Source: Candidatus Latescibacterota bacterium (GTDB lineage: Bacteria; Latescibacterota; UBA2968; UBA8231). From it: a stretch of 64,000 bases of DNA. The notes under the pieces were generated by a model. The model saw only the letters and a list, made by a program, of their open reading frames with translations. It was not told the origin of the DNA and did no database searches. Both the position numbers and the translations under genes were made by a program. This document shows positions 20,080 to 28,292 of the stretch, one piece after another; the stretch's first letter is position 1; every line of letters starts with the position of its first letter. Location of the stretch: positions 4,064,001-4,128,000 of the forward strand of contig OZ253462.1 of NCBI GenBank assembly GCA_965261395.1. The letters are read 5' to 3'.

Positions 20080-21032
20080 GAATCGGCCGAGGCGTGGGCT
20101 TCCTCATAGCTATCGTAGGCTTTGATGATCTTCTGCACGAGTGGGTTGCGTACCACATCCTGTTCGTTGAGCCGAACAAACGCCAAGCCGGCGATCCCAG
20201 TCAGAATTTTGGGCGCGACGACCAAGCCCGAGGGTTGGTCGTCGCTGAGGTCGGTCTGAGTAACGTCGCCGGTAACTACGGCCTTTGAGTGGCTGCCTAG
20301 CCGGGTGAGAAACATCTTCATCTGCTGTGGCGTAGTATTTTGGGCTTCGTCGAGAATAATAAACGAATCGTTGAGGGTACGGCCGCGCATGTAGGCTAGC
20401 GGCACGACTTCGACAATTTTCATGTCCTGCATCCGCCGCAGTCGCTCGGGTTCCATGAGATCTTGTAGTGCGTCGTAGAGCGGGCGTAAGTAGGGGTCAA
20501 CCTTGTCCTCAAAAGAGCCAGGCAAAAAACCGAGCTTCTCTCCGGCTTCGACGGCGGGCCGGGCGAGCAGGATGCGAGAGATTTGCTTTTGCCGCAGCGC
20601 GGCAACGGCCATAGCCACCGCTAGGTACGTTTTGCCGGTGCCAGCCGGGCCGACGCCGAAGACCACGTCGTTGTTGTCGATGGCTGCAAGATATTTCGCT
20701 TGGCCCTCGGTGCGGGCGTAGATAGCCGTTTTATAGGTATGGGCTACGGGGTTTGGGAAGGTGCTATGGTCTCCCTTGGGTGGGGTCGGACTACAATGAA
20801 TCAAGTTCTCTAGCTCGGCTGCTTCGAGGGGCGGGCCGTGGCGCATGCGTTTTATGAGGTGACTGAGGAAGCCATCGGCCTCGCGCACCGAGGCTTCGGA
20901 CCCCTTAAGCGTTAGCTTGTCGCCGCGGGCGACTAGGCGAATGCCGTATCTCTTTTCGAGATGAGCCAAGTGTTGATCGTTGCGCCCGAAGAGGGAGCGG
21001 CGATCGATGCCGGCGATGGAAATGTCCTTCAT
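20076..21032 (-). CDS. PhoH family ATPase (YbeZ-like)
   Basis: GPAGTGKT, RPAVEAGEKLGFLPG, YMRGRTL, DEAQN. Confidence 0.95.
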   Translation of the reverse strand: MKDISIAGIDRRSLFGRNDQHLAHLEKRYGIRLVARGDKLTLKGSEASVREADGFLSHLIKRMRHGPPLEAAELENLIHCSPTPPKGDHSTFPNPVAHTYKTAIYARTEGQAKYLAAIDNNDVVFGVGPAGTGKTYLAVAMAVAALRQKQISRILLARPAVEAGEKLGFLPGSFEDKVDPYLRPLYDALQDLMEPERLRRMQDMKIVEVVPLAYMRGRTLNDSFIILDEAQNTTPQQMKMFLTRLGSHSKAVVTGDVTQTDLSDDQPSGLVVAPKILTGIAGLAFVRLNEQDVVRNPLVQKIIKAYDSYEEAHASADS

Positions 21033-21052
21033 AGACCTAGTAGCTGGACAAA

Positions 21053-21109
21053 AATACAAAAAGGGGTTTGAAATCCTTCCCTTAAGCCCGGGAAGGACCA
21101 AACCCCTTT
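21053..21109 (-). terminator. Long interrupted hairpin with T-tract after LysM gene
   Basis: aaggggtttg/caaacccctt outer stem, tccttccc/gggaagga inner stem. Confidence 0.55.
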
Positions 21110-21145
21110 AAGTCTTGAGATTTATTTAAATCAAGTGGTTGTTAA

Positions 21146-21976
21146 TTACTGGGGAATTTCGAGGACTTGAGCAGGAAAAATCAAGTCTGGCGCGACGATT
21201 TGCTGCTTGTTAGCCTCGTAGATTTTATGCCATTTGCCGGCATTGTTGTAAAGTTCGGCGGCAATTTTGAAGAGGAAGTCTCCTCGGGTGACCAAGTACT
21301 GATTTTCGGCTACCCCGAACGGCACGGCCAAGACTTGGTTGGGGTAGATTAAATCCGGATCTTTGATTTGATCCTTATTCTTCCGGTAGATGCGGGGCCA
21401 CATGTAGGGATCGTCGTATACTTGTTCTTTTTTGGAGATATTCCACAAGTTGTCGCCCCGCACGACCGGGTAGTCAATGACCACGGGTTGGGCTATGCGC
21501 GCTTTGAGATCGGCGAGCATCTGGTCGATGGTAGCTAGCTTGTCCATCATCTCGGGCAGGGCGGCTATGTTGCTCTGCTTGAGCTCGGCGACTCGGGAGT
21601 CGATAGCCGTGACTTCACCGCGCCGCATAATGAGCACTTCTGGAGCTAGTGCTATCAGACCTTCGAGCTGGGCGATAATAGCGTCGAGTTCGCGCCCAAA
21701 GGCCATGACTTCGGATTCGGAGTGGCCCACTGCTTCGAGGATCTGGGCATTGAGGTCGAGGTTGGCCTGATCGAGCTGGGCAATCTGCATGCTAAGCCCT
21801 TCAAGCTGGGCGTTTAACTCTTCGATCTGGGTGTTAGCCGCGACCTCGCGGTTGACGAGCTCGTTCCCCAGAGCCATGTATTCCTCACAGGTCATCTTCT
21901 GCTCTTGAGCAGCGGTGTTTTCGCTCGCTAGGACTAGCAGTGCTAAAGCCAACCCACCAACAGACAACTTCTTCAT
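21146..21976 (-). CDS. Secreted coiled-coil protein with two LysM domains
   Basis: Signal peptide, heptad region, YPVVRGDNLWNIS..PDLIYPNQVL and YLVTRGDFLFKIA..PDLIFPAQVL. Confidence 0.85.
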   Translation of the reverse strand: MKKLSVGGLALALLVLASENTAAQEQKMTCEEYMALGNELVNREVAANTQIEELNAQLEGLSMQIAQLDQANLDLNAQILEAVGHSESEVMAFGRELDAIIAQLEGLIALAPEVLIMRRGEVTAIDSRVAELKQSNIAALPEMMDKLATIDQMLADLKARIAQPVVIDYPVVRGDNLWNISKKEQVYDDPYMWPRIYRKNKDQIKDPDLIYPNQVLAVPFGVAENQYLVTRGDFLFKIAAELYNNAGKWHKIYEANKQQIVAPDLIFPAQVLEIPQ

Positions 21977-21999
21977 GGTCGAACCCTTTCTCATTTAGC

Positions 22000-22272
22000 T
22001 TAGTTGGCGAGGTTGTTTTTGGTAGCGGCTAGTTTGTCTTCTAGTGCTTTTTTAGTGGCTTGCCGCTCGGCGAGTTCACGCTCGAGCTGTGCTTTTTCGG
22101 CCTGTAACTCGGTTACTTTCACTTCGGCGGCCAGAGTGGCTTGGCGTTGTTGTTCTAGATATTCCATGTCTTCCTGCGACGGAGCACGCGAACAGCTAGC
22201 GACGAGAGACAAAGCCACTACCGACAAGGCGACGCCTAAGTATCTCAAATTCAAAGTGGAAAGACAGCTCAT
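22000..22272 (-). CDS. Small coiled-coil lipoprotein
   Basis: Lipobox VASC followed by about 55-aa heptad coiled coil. Confidence 0.7.
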   Translation of the reverse strand: MSCLSTLNLRYLGVALSVVALSLVASCSRAPSQEDMEYLEQQRQATLAAEVKVTELQAEKAQLERELAERQATKKALEDKLAATKNNLAN

Positions 22273-22342
22273 TAAGTAGTTCCCCCACCTAGGCTTAAGG
22301 ATCAAACAGTGATCTTACATTAATATACGGGATATGGGCACA

Positions 22343-22370
22343 AATATAGGCGACCTATAGTGGATGTCAA
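22343..22370 (-). promoter_or_regulatory. Sigma-70 promoter for lipoprotein-LysM operon
   Basis: TTGACA-16-TATATT, with inverted repeat tatagg-cga-cctata overlapping spacer and -10. Confidence 0.5.
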
Positions 22371-22406
22371 GCAGAACAAGCGAAAATCTACCCCGCCTGT
22401 ACGTTT

Positions 22407-24191
22407 TTAGACAGACCGAATGCCCAATTCGCGCAACTGGCCCAAATCGACGGAAGAAGGAGCGTTTTCCATCAAGCCCACGACCTTATTAGTCTTGGGG
22501 AAGGCGATGACTTCGCGGATTGAATCTTCGTTGGCGAGCAGGGTGATCAGCCGGTCAAAGCCAAAGGCGATCCCCCCGTGTGGAGGGGCACCGTAATCGA
22601 GGGCTTCGAGGAGGAAACCGAATTTGGCTGCGGCTTCTTCAGCGCTGATTTCTAAAAGTTGAAAAAGGCGGGCTTGTAATGATCGCTGAAAAATTCGGAT
22701 ACTACCCCCGGCAATCTCATTGCCATTGAGGACCAAGTCATAGGCGCGCGCCCTGACGTCGGCGGGAGTGCTATCCAGTAGGGCGAGGTCCTCTTCTAAG
22801 GGGGCTGTGAAGGGATGGTGTACGGCGGTAAAGCGGCCGGCTTCCTCGTCGCGCTCTAGAAGTGGAAACTGGCTGATCCATAGGGGTTGCCAAGAGTCAT
22901 CGGACACTAGCGAGAGGCGCTGGGCGAGCTCCAAGCGCAGTGCTCCGAGTACCCGGGCAACCAGCTTGGGCTGATCGGCGACAAAGAGCAGGAGATCGCC
23001 AGGGGCGGATTCGAGGGCCTCGATCAACAGGGCTTGAGCCGCTTGGGGGAAGAATTTGACGATGGAGGATTCGAGGCCAGCGTCGGTGTGTTTGATCCAG
23101 CTAAGTCCCTTGGCACCTAGCCCTTGAGCGAAGGCAATTAAATCGTCGATTTGTCCGCGTGAAAACCCACTGCAACCCTTGACATTTATACCTTTGACTT
23201 GACCACCATTGTCAAGCACGGAATGGAAAACTTGGAATTGGGAAATGCGTGCTGCTGACGCTACATCTTTGAGCTCTAATCCAAAGCGCAGGTCGGGTTT
23301 GTCGGAGCCGAAGCGCTCCATGGCTTTGCGATAGGTGAGTTGCGGAAAGGGATTGGGTAAATTGATTTGGCGTAGCTGAGCGAAGAGGGTGCGGGTCAGA
23401 TCCTCGGCGATGGCCATGACGTGATTCTCGCGTACGAAGGCCATCTCGATGTCGATTTGGGTGAATTCGGGCTGGCGGTCGGCGCGTAAATCTTCGTCGC
23501 GGAAGCACTTAACGATCTGGAAGTAGCGGTCGTAGCCCGCGATCATCAAGAGCTGCTTGTAGGTTTGAGGTGATTGGGGCAGGGCGAAAAACTGCCCGGG
23601 ATGGACCCGACTGGGGACGAGGTAGTCTCGGGCTCCTTCGGGAGTGCTCTTGGTCAGAAACGGCGTTTCAATTTCTATAAAGCCACGCTCGTCGAGCAGA
23701 CGACGCACGATCTGGTACCCCCGGTGTCTGAGTAGCAGATTGCCTTGGATACGGGGTCGCCGGAGATCCAAGTAGCGATACTTGAGCCGGATCTCCTCGC
23801 CGGCATCGGTTTGATCCTCGATGAGAAAAGGAGGGGTCAGACAGCGGTTGAGGACGCGTAGCTGATCGCAATTGACCTCGATGGTCCCGGTGGGCAACTG
23901 GGAGTTGACCATGCCTTCAGGGCGAGCCTCGACTTCGCCTTGTACGGCGATGACGTACTCGCTACGCAAGTGATTAGCCTGCTGATAGGCGGTAGGATCG
24001 CGCTGCGGGTTGAAGACGATTTGGGTAATCCCATAGCGGTCGCGGAGGTCTATAAAAATGACGCCGCCGTGGTCGCGGCGGCGCCAGACCCAGCCCATCA
24101 GCAGGACGCGCTGACTGATGTCTTTATTTGTGAGAGTGCCGCAGTCGTGCGTGCGTTCCCAATGGCCCAAGCCTTCGCTCGGTTCTTCCAT
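22407..24191 (-). CDS. aspS: Aspartate--tRNA ligase
   Basis: RDHGGVIFIDLRD, STPEGARDYLVPSR, ALPQSPQ, GAPPHGG. Confidence 0.98.
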   Translation of the reverse strand: MEEPSEGLGHWERTHDCGTLTNKDISQRVLLMGWVWRRRDHGGVIFIDLRDRYGITQIVFNPQRDPTAYQQANHLRSEYVIAVQGEVEARPEGMVNSQLPTGTIEVNCDQLRVLNRCLTPPFLIEDQTDAGEEIRLKYRYLDLRRPRIQGNLLLRHRGYQIVRRLLDERGFIEIETPFLTKSTPEGARDYLVPSRVHPGQFFALPQSPQTYKQLLMIAGYDRYFQIVKCFRDEDLRADRQPEFTQIDIEMAFVRENHVMAIAEDLTRTLFAQLRQINLPNPFPQLTYRKAMERFGSDKPDLRFGLELKDVASAARISQFQVFHSVLDNGGQVKGINVKGCSGFSRGQIDDLIAFAQGLGAKGLSWIKHTDAGLESSIVKFFPQAAQALLIEALESAPGDLLLFVADQPKLVARVLGALRLELAQRLSLVSDDSWQPLWISQFPLLERDEEAGRFTAVHHPFTAPLEEDLALLDSTPADVRARAYDLVLNGNEIAGGSIRIFQRSLQARLFQLLEISAEEAAAKFGFLLEALDYGAPPHGGIAFGFDRLITLLANEDSIREVIAFPKTNKVVGLMENAPSSVDLGQLRELGIRSV

Positions 24192-24238
24192 AAGTTACAC
24201 CTAAATAGTAAGATTGGATCGCAGGTGGGGGAAAAGAT

Positions 24239-24312
24239 AAGGTAGAAGGTAGCTTGGAGGGTGTCAAGAAAGGGCGGGGTTGGTTGACATGGTGGTTTTT
24301 GGTTCTTTTAAT
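24239..24312. promoter_or_regulatory. Divergent sigma-70 promoters (aspS / cysM)
   Basis: Minus: TTGACA-17-TACCTT (24267-24239); plus: TTGACA-17-TTTAAT (24284-24312). Confidence 0.55.
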
Positions 24313-24330
24313 CGAGAGGGGGAGATTTTT

Positions 24331-25263
24331 GTGACTGGCCTATCGGTCGTCGAACAGATTGGCGACACGCCGCTTTTGCGGCTGAGAGACCCGGCGATTC
24401 CGCCACGGGTGGAAGTCTATGCTAAGCTGGAGTTCTTCAACCCCGGGGGGTCGGTCAAGGACCGGCCGGCGCGGAGGATGATTGAGGACGGCGAGCAGGA
24501 CGGATCACTAAGGCCGGGCAAGATTATTTTGGATTCCACTTCTGGAAATACCGGCATTGCCTACGCGATGATTGGTGCGGCCAAGGGCTATCGGGTAAAA
24601 TTGGCCATGCCGGCGAATGTCAGTCGCGAGCGCAAGGCCATCCTCGCCGCCTATGGTGCCGAAGTGGTGTACACCGACCCGGGAGAGCTTTCCGACGGGG
24701 CCATACGGGAAGCACGGCGGATATACGAAGCCGATCCTGATCGCTACTTCAAGCCCGACCAATACAACAATCCCGCGAATTGGCATGCCCATCGCGACAC
24801 CACCGCACCCGAAATATGGGAGCAGACCCAAGGCCTCGTCACTCATTTTGTCGCCACCATAGGAACTAGTGGTACGCTGATGGGCACCGGCCGAGGTCTT
24901 AGAGAGTTCAATCCGGCCATCCGGATCATTGCCGCTGAGCCGGCTGAGCCGTTTCACGGCATTGAGGGGCTTAAACACATGGAGAGTTCAATTGTTCCAG
25001 GTATCTACGATGAGGCCCTCCTCGACTACAAAATACCCATAGATACCGATGATGCTTACGATACTGCACTGCGTCTGCCGGTCGAGCAGGGGATTCTCGT
25101 CGGCCAGTCTGCAGGCGGGGCCTATTGGGCCGCGCTGGAAGTTGCCCGCCAGCTAGATACGGGGATGGTGGTGACGATATTTTGCGATGGCGGCGATAAA
25201 TACATGAGTACGCCTATGTGGCGGCTAGCTCTCGATGACATCACTAAGGGAAAGGATGGCTGA
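24331..25263 (+). CDS. PLP-dependent cysteine synthase, probably CysO-dependent CysM type
   Basis: NPGGSVKDR, STSGNTG, GTSGT; adjacent to mec and cysO-like genes; GTG start after GGAG. Confidence 0.85.
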   Translation: MTGLSVVEQIGDTPLLRLRDPAIPPRVEVYAKLEFFNPGGSVKDRPARRMIEDGEQDGSLRPGKIILDSTSGNTGIAYAMIGAAKGYRVKLAMPANVSRERKAILAAYGAEVVYTDPGELSDGAIREARRIYEADPDRYFKPDQYNNPANWHAHRDTTAPEIWEQTQGLVTHFVATIGTSGTLMGTGRGLREFNPAIRIIAAEPAEPFHGIEGLKHMESSIVPGIYDEALLDYKIPIDTDDAYDTALRLPVEQGILVGQSAGGAYWAALEVARQLDTGMVVTIFCDGGDKYMSTPMWRLALDDITKGKDG

Positions 25264-25758
25264 ATGCTGCGCATTGCCCTCAGGGACTTTGAACGGATTT
25301 GCACCCAAGCCTTGGAGGAGTACCCACACGAGTGTTGCGGTCTGTTGGTCGAGAAGGCTCTGGACGGGGTGTCCGCTGCCCATGCCTGTACTAATGTACA
25401 GCAGCAGAGGCACGAAGAAGCCCCCAAGCACTATCCCCGTGATGCAAGCACGGCTTATCTGATCGACGCAGGTGAGCAGCTACGCATCGTGGAGGCGGCT
25501 GAAAAGGCCGATGGCCGGATCTCGGGTTGCTATCATTCCCACATTGATTGTGCGGCCTATTTCTCGGCCGAAGACGAGAGGCGCACTTGGATATTCAACA
25601 GCCGAGAGGCGGGCGACGACCCAGACGACCCGGACGCGATGTATCTGGTGCTCTCTGTATGCGGCGAGGAGGCGGGTAGCCAGCGGAAAGTACAAGGCTA
25701 CAAGTGCTTTGCTTGGGACGGCAGTCGCTACGCCGAAACGGGTGTTGAAATAGTTTAG
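25264..25758 (+). CDS. JAB/MPN (M67) metallopeptidase, Mec-like
   Basis: YPHECCG and HSH-x7-S-x2-D (YHSHIDCAAYFSAED). Confidence 0.9.
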   Translation: MLRIALRDFERICTQALEEYPHECCGLLVEKALDGVSAAHACTNVQQQRHEEAPKHYPRDASTAYLIDAGEQLRIVEAAEKADGRISGCYHSHIDCAAYFSAEDERRTWIFNSREAGDDPDDPDAMYLVLSVCGEEAGSQRKVQGYKCFAWDGSRYAETGVEIV

Positions 25759-25838
25759 TAAAGCCGCTCCCTAAAAACCGATAAAATGCGGGCGGCAGGC
25801 AGCAAATATTTAACTACATTAACCAAATGGAGGATGAA

Positions 25839-26117
25839 ATGCCGATTACTGTTCACATTCCCACGCCGTTGCGGAAATTGACCCACAATCAGGCTGAAGT
25901 CGCGCTAGAGGCGGCGACTATTAGCCAGTTGGTAGATGGGCTCGAAGGCACCTACGAGGGCTTGGCCGAGAAACTGCTCGACGAGGGCGGCGAGATCCGC
26001 CGCTACGTCAATATCTTCGTCAACGACGAGGATATTCGCTTCCTCGATGGCAAGGACACGCCCCTCAACGACGGCGACAGCGTCTCCATTGTCCCGGCCA
26101 TTGCCGGCGGCAATTGA
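25839..26117 (+). CDS. MoaD/ThiS/CysO family ubiquitin-like sulfur carrier
   Basis: VHIPTPLR, YVNIFVNDEDIR, C-terminal PAIAGG-N. Confidence 0.9.
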   Translation: MPITVHIPTPLRKLTHNQAEVALEAATISQLVDGLEGTYEGLAEKLLDEGGEIRRYVNIFVNDEDIRFLDGKDTPLNDGDSVSIVPAIAGGN

Positions 26118-26157
26118 GGCCCACCGTACAGGCGGCTGACGTTAGGTTTGGTACAGG

Positions 26158-27078
26158 ATGAGACGCGCCCAGAATGTGCTGGAGCTAATCGGGGCTACGC
26201 CTATGGTACGCCTCAGCCGAGTCGTCGGGGAGGATGCTGCCGAGGTGTGGGGCAAGTTGGAGGCGACCAATCCCGGCGGCAGTGTCAAGGACCGCATCGC
26301 TTTGGCTATGATCGAAGCTGCCGAAGAGCAGGGACTGCTGGCCAAGGGAGGCACGATCATTGAGCCGACTAGCGGTAATACCGGTATTGGCTTGGCCATG
26401 GTGGCTGCCTACAAAGGCTACAAGCTCATTGTCACCATGTTCGATACGGCCAGCCGCGAGCGCCGCTTACAGATGCAGGCTTACGGTGCCGAGGTCGTGC
26501 TGACGCCAGCGGCCGAGGGCATGCGAGGTGCGATCAATAAAGCGATTGAACTCAAGCGCAAGCATCCAGATTACTTTTTGCCACAGCAGTTTATGAACGC
26601 AGCGAACCCTGAGATACACCGCCGTACGACCGGTCGTGAGATCTTGGAGCAGCTAGATGGCCGAATCGATGCCTTTGTGGCTGGTGTGGGTACTGGAGGG
26701 TCCTTGACCGGAGTTGGCGAGGTGCTCAAGGAGGCTCTGTCGTCCACAGTGCGGGTCATCGCCGTCGAGCCTGCCGGGTCGCCCGTGCTTTCAGGCGGGG
26801 GGGCTGGGTTCAGTTATATAGAAGGCATCGGTGCGGGTTTTGTGCCGCCGATCCTCAACCTCGAGGTTGTCGACGAGGTGCGGGTCATTGCCGACGACGA
26901 GGCTTATGAAATGGCTCGCCGCTTGGCACGAGAGGAAGGGCTTTTGGTCGGGATCTCAGCCGGAGCCAATGCCTATATCGCCGCCCAAGTCGCTCGTGAG
27001 TTGGGCTCGAGCGCTCGAGTCGCGACGATCCTCTGCGACAGTGGATTGCGCTATCTGAGCACTCGAGCCTTTGAATGA
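26158..27078 (+). CDS. cysK: Cysteine synthase A
   Basis: NPGGSVKDRIA, EPTSGNTGIGLA, PQQF.N.ANP, GVGTGG, GIGAGFVP. Confidence 0.9.
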   Translation: MRRAQNVLELIGATPMVRLSRVVGEDAAEVWGKLEATNPGGSVKDRIALAMIEAAEEQGLLAKGGTIIEPTSGNTGIGLAMVAAYKGYKLIVTMFDTASRERRLQMQAYGAEVVLTPAAEGMRGAINKAIELKRKHPDYFLPQQFMNAANPEIHRRTTGREILEQLDGRIDAFVAGVGTGGSLTGVGEVLKEALSSTVRVIAVEPAGSPVLSGGGAGFSYIEGIGAGFVPPILNLEVVDEVRVIADDEAYEMARRLAREEGLLVGISAGANAYIAAQVARELGSSARVATILCDSGLRYLSTRAFE

Positions 27079-27087
27079 GGGGAAATA

Positions 27088-27342
27088 CTAGGCCATCACC
27101 TGCACGAGATGACTCAACCGCGACTTGTAGCGGGCGGCGGAATTTTTGTGGATAATGCCTTTGTTGGCGGTCCTGTCGACAATCGAGATCGCCGCTTGCA
27201 GAGCGGTTTCGGCTGAGGCTTTATCCGGAGCTTGACGGACTTTTTTAAGGGCCGTGCGCAACCGCGAGCGGAGCGCGCGGTTGCGCACATAGGCTTTGGC
27301 GCTAGTGGCTTGGTGCTTTTTGGCAGACTTGAGTTTGGGCAA
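27088..27342 (-). CDS. rpsT: 30S ribosomal protein S20
   Basis: KSAKK..RNR..RS.LRTA.KK..KGIIHKN.AARYKSRL; TTG start with AAGGAG SD. Confidence 0.95.
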   Translation of the reverse strand: MPKLKSAKKHQATSAKAYVRNRALRSRLRTALKKVRQAPDKASAETALQAAISIVDRTANKGIIHKNSAARYKSRLSHLVQVMA

Positions 27343-27534
27343 TTTTGCGCTCCTTTAATAAAGCTGTTAAATATATAGGAAGTGGGGAGAGGGGGCAAGA
27401 CAGGGTTTCTGAGGTCTCTTTAGCTCGGCTTTCATTCGAGCCTCGTTCAAAAAGTCGAGAAGACCGGTAAAAGAGGCGAGTGATGAGATTAGAACAGACT
27501 GGAATCCCGTATAGAATTAGCTCTGCGGTCTATC

Positions 27535-28014
27535 ATGTCTTCTAGTCAGATGGGGTTTAATTTTGGCGATCGGTGCTCTGATCGGTGCTCTGCTGGCAGC
27601 AATGAGCAAATCGCTACGCATTGTTCATATTGTCGGCTAGAGATTGAGGTGCCGGCTTGGTATGCGGGTCAGGCGCAGTTGCATTTTTGTGATGCATCTT
27701 GCCGCCGGGCTTGGACAGAGGCCATGCCCTCGTTAGAGGCTTGCTTGGGGGCGACTTCCAAGCGGCGGGGGGCCAATTGGGCGCTCCAAGCATTAAAGGC
27801 GCGGACGCGCGACGGCTTCATCTGCCAAGTATGTGGGATCAGCGAAGAGGAACTGGGACGCCAACTCGACGTCCATCACAAGATTCCCTATCGCAGTTTC
27901 TCTTCCAATGTAGAGGCCAATAAGCTGGAACATCTGATTTCGGTTTGCCCCTCTTGCCACTCCAAATTGGAGGCCGAGTTGCGCCAGGATCTTCCTCTTT
28001 TTGCAAGATATTGA
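27535..28014 (+). CDS. Zn-finger HNH endonuclease
   Basis: CSYC..FCDASC, then RDGFICQVCG..LDVHHKIP..HLISVCPSCH. Confidence 0.8.
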   Translation: MSSSQMGFNFGDRCSDRCSAGSNEQIATHCSYCRLEIEVPAWYAGQAQLHFCDASCRRAWTEAMPSLEACLGATSKRRGANWALQALKARTRDGFICQVCGISEEELGRQLDVHHKIPYRSFSSNVEANKLEHLISVCPSCHSKLEAELRQDLPLFARY

Positions 28015-28292
28015 CCTTATCTACGTGCTAGGTGCTGATAGGCCATATAGTTTGGAAACTACCTCTTGCATCTTGGATATTAGATGCGTATTTTGTATTG
28101 AGTACGTAAATGATCTCAGGCTTCTCTACACGCTCTGCGGTTAAGCTGTTGTAAGGGTCGCTAAGGGAGAGGAACCATGAGTGCGGTGGTGATAGAGGCG
28201 GTTGCGGCCTTAGAGCGGCGAGGCGGCGGTCTAGCGCACAGCGTTGCGCTACCTTAAACTTAAAACTTAAATCTCTCATTGGAGGGTCAATT

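Noticed and set aside
21053-21109. Structured ncRNA (SRP-like) upstream of phoH
   Set aside because: Lacks the SRP conserved loop motifs; a T-tract follows, so a terminator is the simpler reading
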